A stretch of 63,960 nucleotides of DNA, filler included, from Saprolegnia diclina VS20 (GCF_000281045.1; 4 parts of 2 records of this genome joined end to end with filler, not necessarily neighbours in it); one strand, 5' to 3'. Numbered from the whole stretch's first letter, positions 22,958-34,243 are shown. A program made the numbers and translations. The notes: generated by a model from the sequence alone, not told the origin.

Positions 22958-25004
22958 ATGGCCGAAGCCACCGAGGTCGACACCGAGCGCCGGCCGAGCC
23001 TCGTCCACCGCGTCCACCGCCTCTCGATCGATGAGCATACGCCGCCGTCGTCGCCGATGGTCCATGAGACGCACTACGACGCGCTCAAAGCGGCGCCCCA
23101 TCGCTGGTACAGGTGTCATCCACGGAGCGTGCGTCACCTTGCTTAGGCGCCAGCACATGCCTATCGCCGTGTACCTCGTCGTCGTCAGCAGCGTGCTCAC
23201 GACCCTCTTCTACTACAGCTTCTTCGCTGCCAAAGTCAATGGCCAAGCGCCAGCCATGATGGGCTGCCGGTACTTTGGCTACTGGAAGGGACCCAACTGT
23301 GGCCTCCATGGCATCGACTGCCAGCCCTTCCAGACCGACTGGTTCGCCTTCCGGTGCCCCAGCGGCTGCCTCTCTGGTACCTTCTACTGGACCAAGCATC
23401 TGCAACGGCATCATTTGACGCTGCGTAGATCAGTCGACGGCGCTCGCGGTCATCGGGTCGGGGCCGTACCGGTAAAAGTACAATTCAAGGCCGACTACGA
23501 CACTAATGATTGTGACTAGCGGCGACTCGCGCATCTGCAAGGCTGCGATCCACGCCGGCGCCATCGGGTCGGGCGGCGGCTGTGGCCTCATGCGCTACGA
23601 CGGTATCGCTCTGCGTTCTACATCGCGCTTGACGACAATGGTGCAGACGAGCGCATGAGCTTTGCAGCGTCCACGCAGCACGGCGTCACGACCCAAGCAT
23701 TTGCCTCGTGGTTCCCCAAGACCATGTCTTTTTACCTGGACACCGCTTCGATCTCGCACTGCGTCGACCTGTCGTGGTACATTTTCAGCGTCGGCGCTGC
23801 CGCAACCCTCGGGTTGGCGTGGTTTCCAGCGCTCTCGCCGGCGCTCCTCACGCACGTGCAGTGCGTTTGGGGCTACGTCTACGTGACGCTCATTGCGTCA
23901 CCGACCAGTAGGCGCCTTTGTATTTGTTGCAAATATCTCTGGACGCTATGATGGCTTAGGCTTTGACTATGATTCGCTGAGCCTCCATCTCTTCACCGAC
24001 ATTGCGATCGTCCTTGTCGCGGTGCACTGCCTGCACCTCTGGGTTGTGCAAGACACGTTTGCAAACTATGCGTCGTACTCGCGCAAGGTATATACATGCA
24101 TAGTCCCCTCATCCCGTGGAACTTGATACCTTGATACTAGGAGCGATTTGGGTACTGGGGTCTTCTCTCGGTCGTGCCCTTTCACCTCATGCTACACTTG
24201 ACCCAGTTTGGATACCTTCCGTGGCTCGTAAGTCCTCCACCGGCGTCTTCTTCTATCGTCCAAGTCGACTGCGTTAGAACTTCAACTTTGGCGGCTACGT
24301 GGCCACCTCGGGCGTGAACGCGTGGACGTACGTTGTCTTTGGGCTCCTCGGGCTCGTGGCGCTCGGCCTTGCCTTCCTATTGTTGCGGCACCTCTACCAG
24401 CGCAAAGCGCTCGTCTCCCTCTTTGGCTTGTACGCTCTAGTCGCTGTCTACATGGCCATCGTCCACGGCCTGTACCCGCATACGCTCCTGCATCTCCACC
24501 ACGTCCAAATTGGTCTCCTCCTGCTGCCGGCGACGGCCTTTCCGACGCGACCTGCATATTTCGTCCAGGCGATCGGGCTCGGGCTCTTTATCCAGGGCTA
24601 CGCGGCGTGGGGCTGGCCGACGTTTCTCGATACGCCCCGTACGTCTCCATCTTCTTGTCGTCTGAGTGTCTATTGTGTGGGCTAGCCGCGTACTACTACC
24701 TGGACGCTCCGACGACTGCGCCGAACGCGCGCAATCTCACGTCGTCGACCGCCAACGTCTCGTGGCCGGCCCTAAACGACGTGCAAGGCTACGCCCTCAT
24801 GCTCAACGACGTGCAAGTGTACCGCGGCGTGAGCGACTGGACACTGCTCTCGGACCTCCGCCCCAACACGACGTACTTTGTCAGCGTCTCGGGTAGTCCC
24901 TCTCTAGCGACTCGGCATGAGGCAAGATATGTGTAGGCATTGGTGCTGGCGGCGCCGACGGCAGTGTTGGTCCCACCGGCAACTTTACCACCAGTGGCGT
25001 GTAG
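22958..25004 (+). CDS. LCCL-domain multi-TM protein with a C-terminal FN3-like domain (about 9 short introns)
   Basis: CGLHGIDCQPF, FRCPSGC, VIGSGPYR/GDSRICKAAIHAG, LHLHHVQIG, QAIGLGLFIQGYAAWG; FN3-like P.NL...SSTANVSW...LRPNTTYFVSV. Stop TAG at 25002-25004. Confidence 0.8.
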
Positions 25005-25059
25005 TTGATACCTTGATACTTGCGTCTTGTTGATTACATATATTATGTGTGGGATTCTT

Positions 25060-26041
25060 CTACTCCTTCCACGAACCGAGAAAGAGGTGCGCCGAGAGCG
25101 ACGCGGGGTCAGCGATGCCTCGGCCGCCCATCGGCGGGTTCGTCGGGTTGAACGACGTCACGGGCATGATGGCGACGTCCCCGAGCAGCATCGGCTCCTT
25201 GAGAAAGCGGAATCCGTGGATCGACGAGACGCCGGTCGTCTTGGCAAAGTAGTCCAGAATGGCTTCCGTCCAGATCGACGGGCCCGTGACGATGTGGACG
25301 TGTGTCGGAATGTTTGGCATGGCCTTGAAGCGCTGGTAGATGAACTCGACGACGTGCCGCATGATCGGGTGGTTGGGCGCAGCTGCGAACGTCCACTGCG
25401 TAAACTGCAGCTGGAGGCTCCACCAGTCGAGGAGCACGTCGGACGCATCGAGCTCGACGCCGATCATCATGCTCACGCCCCGCGGCGCCATTGTCGGTGC
25501 CCACTTGTCGATGGGCTGGAGGCAGAGCGTGTCAATGTCGCTCCAGACGCCGCCGTACTTGAGGACTGCCAGGTACCGGAAAAAGTCCGAGCGCATAATG
25601 TCAACGGGAAAGCGCTGGAAGAGAATCGCGTACTCGGGAAAGTGGCGCGCGACAAAGATCGGGATGTCGTCGTCCGACCAGAAGCGGTACTGGTAGCTCG
25701 GGTTGAGCGCCTTCCACGACTCGACCGTCTTGTGCTTCTTGACCGACGCCGGGATCGTCTCGAGCGAGACCCAGCTCTGGTGCACGATCTTGGCGATCGG
25801 CTGGCCATACACCGGCTGCGGCGCCTTGTGGGCCTGGTGGTACATGGTGCGCGAGTAGACCACATTGTACTGGAAGAGCACAAGGAGGGCCGCCGCAGCG
25901 ACGAGCAGCTGCGCCGGCGAGAGTCGCCGAGGATGGTACCGGTCTACGCAGCGCGACGGCGTGAGTCGGCGAGGCCTATTGCGGCGACGTACAGAGGAGG
26001 ATGTCCCAGCGGATCGGCATCGACTTGGCGGCCATGCCCAT
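25060..26041 (-). CDS. GT32 (Och1-like, DxD) alpha-mannosyltransferase; intron ~25944-25991
   Basis: Type II TM, then IAKIVHQSW, SWKALNPSYQYRFWSDDD, RSDFFRYLAVLKYGGVWSDID, TGPSIWT and HLFLGSW. Confidence 0.92.
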
Positions 26042-27303
26042 GCTGCCTGCGAGAGATTCGACAAATGCGGCAGTATTTTTTTGGAAATCCGATTGCGACT
26101 CGGTTATCCGGAAGGTACATGTGGACGGCGGTGGACACGTTACTGGATTCACTGCATATTTGTCGTTATCAGCGAGCGGGCTCTTTCCGAGTCGTCCACG
26201 TTATCGAGCAGCCAAGACTAGAGTCAGCGCTCGACTAACTAACTTCGCCGTAGATGTACAGTATTGTACTGTCGTTGGTGGACGTCAACGCTCAACGCCG
26301 TCGGTGGAAGCAGCGCGGCGCTGTCGCACGGCGTTGGACATGTGCGAGGAGTGATGGTGCTGGGAACGTTTATCCGGCAGCTCGTGGATTCCATCGCGCG
26401 AGTACATGGACTGTACCTCTGTACTGGAAAGCGCTGGCAGGCACGGTTGCAGAGTCAAGGCGCCCTTGTCACACGACGATGTGCATGGCCACGAGCCACG
26501 AGCTGTACCCATGAGATGCCCGAAGACAAGGCGGGCACACCGAGCAAACGTGAGGATCGCTCGGTAGATATGCACTATCTAGAAGGACTCTACAGTGTAG
26601 TAGAACGGGCTACTGGAGCTGAATGGTGTACGACCCTTTTTGCTGGTCAATATTGCGGGATTCAAACCGGAAATGCGTTTTTCGATGGAAATCCCGCTAA
26701 ATGTTAAATTTCCAAACGCGGAACAGCGCTAAATGGTAAAGAGCAGGAGGAGAGAAAGGACCAAACACCGAGGGTATTTTTCCACAATATGCTATAATAC
26801 ACCTTGCGCTAGTTCGTTGGGCCTCGGTGTGCGCGCTGCGATGCGCATTCTCAAGCGGTCGGTAATTTCCGGCAAAATGCTCACGCTCCGTAACTTGGAG
26901 AGAAAACTTTGACGGCCAAAACGGGATTTGTCGGCATTTGACCACAATATTACGGATTGTTCGCTTGAAATTACGGATATATTGGGAAAATACGCCGACA
27001 TAAACGGTATATTTCGTCTCCATGTCTCTACGGTCTCTACGAAGGGAAATAGTGTTCTGTCAAACGCTGTCAGCCCATGACGTGAGCAAGCATGATGCGC
27101 TGTCATGACGGTGCCACTTCGCTCGCTCCGGAAAGTCGAGAGTTCTGTATCCATCGCTCGTGCACGCAAACCATGCAAGAGCTCCTAGTACATCTACGCT
27201 CGGCACGAACCGCGTGTGTCCATTTTCATACTATTTCAATCTTTCAATTACACTATTCAACGCATACCCTCTTCCAATTTGCACAGAGGCAGCGCCATTC
27301 TAC

Positions 27304-29007
27304 ATGCTGCGAATGCCACCACCAAGCGCGTCCTGGCGCCGCCAAGGCGCCGCCGCATCAAGCACATCCCGAGTCGCATGTCTCCTCGCCACCTGCGCGC
27401 TCGTCGCCTACATGACGGGCCTCTTCCACATCGCGCTGCCGCCCCTGTCCTCGACAAACGAGGCGCGCAACCTGACTCTGGACAGCGTGCCCGCCGTGTG
27501 GCAGCCCCACGAGTTCGAGTGCGTCGCGTGGCGAGCCATGAGCGACTGCGACCCGTTGCGTGGCCAGCGGCGTCCGTCGTCCGATCAGTCGTGCGGTGCC
27601 CCGATCGTGTCGGGCCAGGCCGGCTACTGCGAGGTGCGCAACCGAACCAGTGGCAGCACGTACCGCGTCATGGCCACGACGTGCCACAGCATCGGACACG
27701 AAGTCAACTTTACCTGCAGCATGGCGCGCGCGTTCACCGACTTTCGCCATCGCGCGGCGGCCTACGAGCACGCGCCGGCGCCCGTGATATCGGGCACGGC
27801 CAGCCGCGGCCTCGTCTTCTCCATCTACCCAGCGGTCGTGCCGAGCGTCTTTGGCATCATCCAGCTCCTCCGCACGTACGGCTGTCTCTTGCCCATCGAG
27901 CTCTTTTATCGCCCAAGCGAGATGGACCCGCGAACCAACTATGTGTTACAGCGGCTCGTCCAGACCGACAACGTGGTGCTGCGTGCCATCACGGACCCGC
28001 GCGCGACCAAATTCCGCACCAAGCCGTACGCGATCTACCACTCGTCGTTTGACCAAGTGCTCGTGCTCGATTGCGACAACATCCCGCTGCGCGACCCCAC
28101 GTACCTTTTCGAGTCGGCCATTTTTCAAGCCAAAGGCGCCGTGTTTTGGCCCGACTACTGGCAGCCGTCGCACACGCTATTCCACGTCGATGGCGACAGT
28201 CTTCTCTGGGAGTACCTCGACATGCCATTTCCCATTGGGATGTTTGAGCAAGAGAGCGGCCAAGTGCTCATCAACCGCGCCACATCGCTGCCCGCGCTGC
28301 ACATGCTCATGGCGCTCACGTTCGGCCCCAATGACGTTAACTTGGTCGACGACCTCCAACTTGTGTATGGCGACAAGGACCTCTTCCGCCTCGCATTCCT
28401 GAGCACAAAGACGTCCTTTCATTACATCGCGTCGCTGCCCGTCATTGCCGGCACCCAGCTGCCGTGGCGCCTCCAGTTTTGCGGCGTCGCGATGGGCCAA
28501 CGGGACATGCACGGGGACTTGGTCTTTATCCACCGCAACAGCGCCAAGATCAGCGGCGACGCCTACCAAGTCCCGCTGCTCACGCACCTCCAGCGCTTTG
28601 ACCAAGATACGCACAGCGTCACCAAGTACACGGTGGCGTGGACGGGCGAGCTCGGGCCGGGTCAGCCGTGCTGGGCGCTGCCGTGGCCGCTGGCGCCGTC
28701 GAGCGTCGAGGCGCTGCCACCGACGCACCCGGTGGTGCAGGCCGAACGCAAGGTGATTGCTTTTGCGATTGGCGCCGGCAACCTCCTCTTGGGCGCGCGC
28801 CAAGCCCCGATCGTCGACGCCACCGACGCCGTGGATACCTGGACGCTATGTCTCTTGGCGCTGGCTGTCGTCCTCTACGCAGTTTGGCAAGTCGCCGTGC
28901 GCCAGCTACAGGCCGCCGGGCAGCGTCAGCTTGTGCACGGCTGGATGCAGCTGCTGGGCCCCAAGAAGAAGCGCAAGACGTCGTCCATTGCCCACGATTA
29001 CGTATAG
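27304..29007 (+). CDS. GT71 (Mnn-type) alpha-mannosyltransferase-like protein with an N-terminal Cys-rich module
   Basis: LPIELFY, KPYAIYHSSFDQVLVLDCDNIP, FWPDYW, EQESGQVLI, YGDKDLFRLAF, FIHRN; CVAWR..SDCDP...C...GYCEV module; N- and C-terminal hydrophobic helices. Confidence 0.9.
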   Translation: MLRMPPPSASWRRQGAAASSTSRVACLLATCALVAYMTGLFHIALPPLSSTNEARNLTLDSVPAVWQPHEFECVAWRAMSDCDPLRGQRRPSSDQSCGAPIVSGQAGYCEVRNRTSGSTYRVMATTCHSIGHEVNFTCSMARAFTDFRHRAAAYEHAPAPVISGTASRGLVFSIYPAVVPSVFGIIQLLRTYGCLLPIELFYRPSEMDPRTNYVLQRLVQTDNVVLRAITDPRATKFRTKPYAIYHSSFDQVLVLDCDNIPLRDPTYLFESAIFQAKGAVFWPDYWQPSHTLFHVDGDSLLWEYLDMPFPIGMFEQESGQVLINRATSLPALHMLMALTFGPNDVNLVDDLQLVYGDKDLFRLAFLSTKTSFHYIASLPVIAGTQLPWRLQFCGVAMGQRDMHGDLVFIHRNSAKISGDAYQVPLLTHLQRFDQDTHSVTKYTVAWTGELGPGQPCWALPWPLAPSSVEALPPTHPVVQAERKVIAFAIGAGNLLLGARQAPIVDATDAVDTWTLCLLALAVVLYAVWQVAVRQLQAAGQRQLVHGWMQLLGPKKKRKTSSIAHDYV

Positions 29008-29169
29008 AGGGCGAGTCGCCCGTAGTCTAATTTAACTCGAGTTCATTCTCCGTCCACTCCGATCAACCGGCCGCGATTTGCATTGTACCGTTGGAATGTT
29101 TGTTTTCGAAAGTGCATTTTCAACTTTGCAGTTGAGCGTCTTATCCAAAAAGAGACGGGGACGCGCAGC

Positions 29170-30064
29170 ATGGCGACGACCTTCGATCCCATGCATGGCA
29201 AACTCACGTTCAGTGGGCTCGACGAAGCGGTCGCTGTCTTCCGCAAGCGCCCGGACGACTGCCCCCTCGGTCCGCTCCTCATCGGTACTGCGATCCCGCT
29301 CCAGGCGTGGCTCCAGAGCTGGCTTCGTCAAGACTTCAAGTTTGTTAGCTTCTCCGAGGTCTTTCTCGGTCCACTCAAAGCTCCATCGACCACAGCCGAC
29401 GTGTACATCGACAAGATGGCGGAAGGTCCTACGCATCGGGTCGTTGTCGACGAGATCATTCGACAGATCGCCACCTACTCCATCGCAACGGGCGAGATCG
29501 TGGAGTCCGGTGGTGGGACCTGCGTCTTTCATGGGCTGTTTCCAGACGGAAGACGAGCTCTGCGCTACCCGGACGCCCAGCTCGCCCCAATTCAGCTCGT
29601 GCCGGCCGATGGCGACCTTCGCGTGCCACGATTTGTCGTCGAAGTCGACCATCGGCACCTCGGTCTTCCGAGAGCGATTCTGCGCGCAGAGCAGTACTTT
29701 CAGCTGCCCCAGCTCCGAACGGTGCTCATGGTACGCATCTACGAGCGCAACCTTGATACGGGCCGTTTCGGAGCGCTTGCAGTCGTCTACGCTCGTCGCC
29801 GAAACAATGCCGTGTATGCCCGACAAGCCGTCAGCATTGGCACCGCGGCGCTCTCGGCCGCGGCTTTGGTGCACGTCCCACAAACGATCCGACGCTTGCT
29901 GCAGCAACAGCCGCACGACGCTCGTCTGGCAGAGCTGGTGGACGACGGGTATTTGTCGTGGCCAGCACCACTGGGACCTGCACCGACGATCACGGTGCAG
30001 GCCACCGACATATTTTACCGAAGCCCCGGCCTGCAACTTGGGCCTCACGGACATGGTGCGAATC
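29170..30064 (+). CDS. Uma2/DUF820-type PD-(D/E)xK nuclease-fold protein (3' end lost in the contig gap)
   Basis: GPTHRVVVDEI, RYPDAQL, VPRFVVEV, AEQYF..PQLRTVLMV match the order and spacing of Uma2 motifs. Confidence 0.7.
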
Positions 30065-30164
30065 NNNNNNNNNNNNNNNNNNNNNNNNNNNNNNNNNNNN
30101 NNNNNNNNTTAATTAATTAANNNNNNNNNNNNNNNNNNNNNNNNNNNNNNNNNNNNNNNNNNNN
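30065..30164. other. Artificial contig linker (N + TTAATTAATTAA + N)
   Basis: Six-frame-stop spacer embedded in Ns; identical design at three sites. Confidence 0.95.
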
Positions 30165-30887
30165 GGGTTCGAACAAGAGAGCGGGCAAGTCCTCATCGAC
30201 CGACGCGCGTCAGCCCGGGCCCTCCACAAGCTCATGTTTTACACAACCGGGCCCTCGTCGAGCAATGCGAGCCTCGTCTTTCTCCACTCCAAGCGGCTTC
30301 TCTACGGCGACAAGGACCTCTTCCGGTTCGCTTGGCTCAACACGTCGACGCCGTACCACTTTATCCTCGAGCCGCCGGCGTTCGCGGGCGTGTACCGCTG
30401 GTGGCTCACCAAGTTTTGCGGCCTCAGCATCATCCAGTTCGACATGTCCGGTCGCATGACGTTCCTCCACCGCAACATGGCCAAGCTCAATGGCGACCCG
30501 CGTCAAGTGCCGGTCCTCCGTGATATTGCGCGCTTCAACACGACAACGTACAATGCGAGTGAGCACTACAAGGTCGAGTGCAAGGGCCGACAGCTCGGCG
30601 GCAAGCTCTGCTGGGGCTTCAAGTGGCCTTTTGTCCCTTATGATGTGACACCGATGGGCGACGACCACCGGATTCGGCGCGTCGAAGCCCAAGTGCTGCG
30701 GTTTGCGATCGACGCCGGCACGCTCGGGCGGCTGCACCATCTGTACGACAACGACCCGCCGAGCGGGTGGTACCAGCTCGACTTGGTCCTCGGGCTTGGC
30801 ACGCTCTCGGTTGTCGCGTCGTTTGCGTACCGCTGGGTCGGGTGTCGCCGGCCGCTGGGTCGGTTGTTGTCGCAGCTTCTTATATAA
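30165..30887 (+). CDS. GT71-like mannosyltransferase, 3' fragment; near-identical inverted copy of 61376-62066
   Basis: FEQESGQVLID, YGDKDLFRFAW, FLHRN and a C-terminal TM. The 5' part is lost in the gap. Confidence 0.85.
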   Translation, partial: GFEQESGQVLIDRRASARALHKLMFYTTGPSSSNASLVFLHSKRLLYGDKDLFRFAWLNTSTPYHFILEPPAFAGVYRWWLTKFCGLSIIQFDMSGRMTFLHRNMAKLNGDPRQVPVLRDIARFNTTTYNASEHYKVECKGRQLGGKLCWGFKWPFVPYDVTPMGDDHRIRRVEAQVLRFAIDAGTLGRLHHLYDNDPPSGWYQLDLVLGLGTLSVVASFAYRWVGCRRPLGRLLSQLLI

Positions 30888-31213
30888 CGACCATGCTCGT
30901 CTTCTTCACGCTTGGCTCATCATCGGATGGCCGATCTCGAGACTCCTATGAACCAAGCAGCATCGCGTGTTGATCACCGCCCAACGAGCATCAATAAGTT
31001 ACGAGAGCAGCCCCGATTGGTCGTGTACTGCCCAAGTGCCATCTCGTGCCACGTCATTTTGCTCGACGGTCGCCATGTCCAGTGTGGAATTCCCCGGTTT
31101 TCTTACTTTTAACGGTAAAAACATGATGTTTACGGTATTTTGGAGGATCGTTTTGTGGCAAGACGTGAGCCGACGGCGCCGCCACAGGGCCCATCGCGCC
31201 ATCGGCCGCGGCC

Positions 31214-31609
31214 ATGGAGGCCTTCCGCGCCGTCAAGATGAAGCGCCAGTTCCGCTACGTCTTCTTCCGCATCGACGGCGCGTCGATCGAGGTCGACAAG
31301 TCGGCGCCACCGGCCGCGACGGCCGCGGACCTCTGCGTGGCGCTGCCGCATGCCGACTGCCGATATGTCATCTACGACCACGAGGCGACGCTGCCCGATG
31401 GGCGCAAGACGTCGAAGCTCTACTTTATTCTCTGGGCGCCGGCGACCTCCAACCCGCAGGCCAAGATGGCGTATTCGTACGCCAAGGGCAACTTCCGCGG
31501 CCAATGCGACGGCTGCTTTGACTTGAACGCGAGCTCAGCGCGCGACGTGGAGTTGGGCGTGGGTCTCGTCTCGGCCGACGACGACGACTCGGAGAGCGAC
31601 TTTGAGTAG
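31214..31609 (+). CDS. ADF/cofilin family actin-depolymerising factor (may have a short upstream exon from ~31075)
   Basis: RYVFFRI, LPHADCRYVIYD, KLYFILWAP, KMAYSYAK. Confidence 0.92.
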   Translation: MEAFRAVKMKRQFRYVFFRIDGASIEVDKSAPPAATAADLCVALPHADCRYVIYDHEATLPDGRKTSKLYFILWAPATSNPQAKMAYSYAKGNFRGQCDGCFDLNASSARDVELGVGLVSADDDDSESDFE

Positions 31610-32488
31610 GCACGGCCAAAGCCAATCACACCCTCTAACTATAGATCTGTGTTTGACACGAGCCATTGCGTTGCTAATCGTGGTGCTGGTACGTGGCTCA
31701 GCCGTCGTGGGTCCGCAAGGACTCCAGTCTCTTCTGCCATCCCTCACCAAGTCGACTCCACGGCCTTTAATGGCGCCTCTCACCAGACGACATTCCGATG
31801 GAGTTTGCTCGTCGCCGAGGCGCGAGGATGATTGCTGCAGTGCCTCAAAGGGAGCTTCCATCAGCAACCATACCGGTTTCCTGATCTAGAGATCGAGACA
31901 ACGATCTCTGGCACTAAACCGCTGCAAGAGTCACCCGTTGTCCGCTTCGGCGGATGAGCTTCCGAAGCACGTTCACTGCCGCCAACACATCTGCTCGGTC
32001 CCAAGATGAATGACGCTCTTCACTCAAGACGACGTGATGTGACCGCTGGTCGCATGCAGTGGTGGGGCACTGGGTGTGAACCTAGCCCGGCATCACTACT
32101 AGGCCGGGACAAGGCGACGTGTGTTTGCACGTTTCGTCCAACGAGAGAAGCTTTGGGACTGTACAGTTTGGTCAACTCGATCATTTTCTGGTCGTTCGAA
32201 CGTCGACCAGTGATTGATTTTTGGGGTCTGTGCCCACCGAAAAACTTGTGCCTTGCGATTTGTTCGATGGTTTTGCCCTAAACCTGTTGGGGGTGTTCCA
32301 TTGGTTCGATAACTCATTTCAACAACATGTCCATAGCTGGATTCAACATGAAGAGATTTTAAAAGGGCGCGGAAACAGGCAGCCAATCACATCGCGCTAT
32401 GGGCTGAAAAGATACACGATTTCGATTCGCCAACGACCTATTGTCAACACTCTACAATGTATACCCCAGTTCCGCTTTGGCACTAGCT

Positions 32489-32694
32489 ATGACAACCTTC
32501 GATCCCATGCATGGCCAACTCACGTTCAGTGGGCTCGACGACGCGGTCGCTGTCTTCCGCGAGCGCCCGGACGACTGCTCCCTCGGTCCGCTCCTCATCG
32601 GTACTGCGATCCCGCTCCAGGCGTGGCTCCAGAGCTGGCTTCGTCAAGACTTCAAGTTTGTTAGCTTCTCCGAGGTCTTTCTCGGTCCACTCAA
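32489..32694 (+). CDS. Second Uma2-like gene copy, 5' fragment running into the gap
   Basis: MTTFDPMHGQLTFSGLDDAVAVFRERPDDCSLGPLL... is near-identical to the start of the 29170 gene. Confidence 0.8.
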
Positions 32695-32794
32695 NNNNNN
32701 NNNNNNNNNNNNNNNNNNNNNNNNNNNNNNNNNNNNNNTTAATTAATTAANNNNNNNNNNNNNNNNNNNNNNNNNNNNNNNNNNNNNNNNNNNN
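32695..32794. other. Artificial contig linker
   Basis: N + TTAATTAATTAA + N. Confidence 0.95.
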
Positions 32795-33219
32795 GCACAC
32801 GTCCCGGGGTACGCACAGTTGGCAAAGACGTTTTCCTGGACGCCGAGCGTGTACCAGCCGCTAAACGGCCCGAGGCCGACGCTTTGACCTTGGACAAGAT
32901 CGCCGCGACCATTGGGCGAGAACCACGTCGCCGAATTCTGCGAGAACGGGCACACGGCCGGGAGGTTGTTGATGATCTTGATTTGGCCGCTCCAGTAGCC
33001 CGTGCCGTGCGCGATGGCCATGGGCTTCCATTGCACCGACGTCGTGTTGGTCTCGGCCAAGCTCTACTCGCTTATGAATGCAACTATTCGACGAGTTGGT
33101 TGATCTACCTCGGTTTGGATCACCTCGGTGCTCTCGACGGCGGTGACAGTCTCGTTGCTCTCGACGGCGCTGGCGAGCGCGAGGCCACACGTGGCCAGAA
33201 TGAGGTGAGAGAGACCCAT
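32795..33219 (-). CDS. Secreted hypothetical protein, 3'-truncated (intron ~33063-33108)
   Basis: Signal peptide MGLSHLILATCGLALASA. The second exon is Trp/Gly/Cys-rich with strong GC3 codon bias. Confidence 0.7.
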
Positions 33220-34243
33220 GCGCTTGTGCAGAAGCTGGTACGTTTGAAAATGGGAGGAAGCATTCGAACGGCGTTCCAAAGCGCGTTTCTCCCCGAATCT
33301 GGCAGAGTCAAAGATGCTGAGAATTTATACAAACGACGGCATGCCGTCGTTCGTGCCCGCGCTGTATGCGATGGGTGCGGCGTTGCCATACTCGACGAAC
33401 CTGTGCATTTTTTCATCACTAAACTGACCACGACTAGGTAAGGGTTAGTAAACAGTTTATACACCCTTGTGTACAGGTAGTGCAATGTGGCCCAAACGGC
33501 AAACTCAAGTCGCTCCAGACCTTGAGCCTGTAGATGGCGACAGGTATCGACACTCGAGAATGCAAGCAAATACTAGTAGAGAAGATATCTGGACACAGAT
33601 GAGAGAGCGGTTCGAAGCCGACCAAGCGAGTGTAGGAGCATGGATGCAGAAACAACCGCAGTTGTCGCCACATCGTCGCCGACAAGCGCCAACTATGGTC
33701 ACTACAATGACACACGGTACTATGCAGTGTGATGACGCCTCTTGCGCGACGAGTAAGCTTGCAAAGTTGATGATGCCTCACTTGAAGCAAGGGTATATCT
33801 CTTATATACCCTTGCTTGAAGTACCTTGGATAGTTGTGTACTGGTCCATGGACCGAGAAATCTATCTGGCGAAATGCACCATACCCGAATCCCGCCTGCT
33901 CTGTAGCAGCAGTGGAGGCGCCAACTTGGTTGCTACTGCGGGGCACATCACTCGTCAGAATTGGAGCGGCTATCGCAGAAGCTTCCTTCGCCCTTGCCAC
34001 ATGCAGTGCGTAGAGGCTGCATCAAGACCACGGACAGATATAATCGTCAGCGTTAATGCCTCGTGGGTAGTATCGGCTTGACAAAGTTGACACTCTGTCG
34101 AAACTCGACACGAGCCTCAGATCCCATCGTCCGGTCCTCGCTCGTGCTTACGACGCGTTCACTCCCGCTCGGATATCGCGTATTCTGGATTCGAGGGGCT
34201 AATGATCTTGGATAGTTGGATAGCATCCAATTTGATTCAATTT

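Noticed and set aside
30109..30120. TTAATTAATTAA palindromes inside N-runs (also 32739-32750 and 62814-62825)
   Set aside because: Artificial six-frame-stop contig linkers, not biological. Gene adjacency across them was not interpreted.
33467..34081. 204-aa ORF as a confident gene
   Set aside because: No recognisable motif, weak codon bias and unclear splicing. Only the hairpin is reported.
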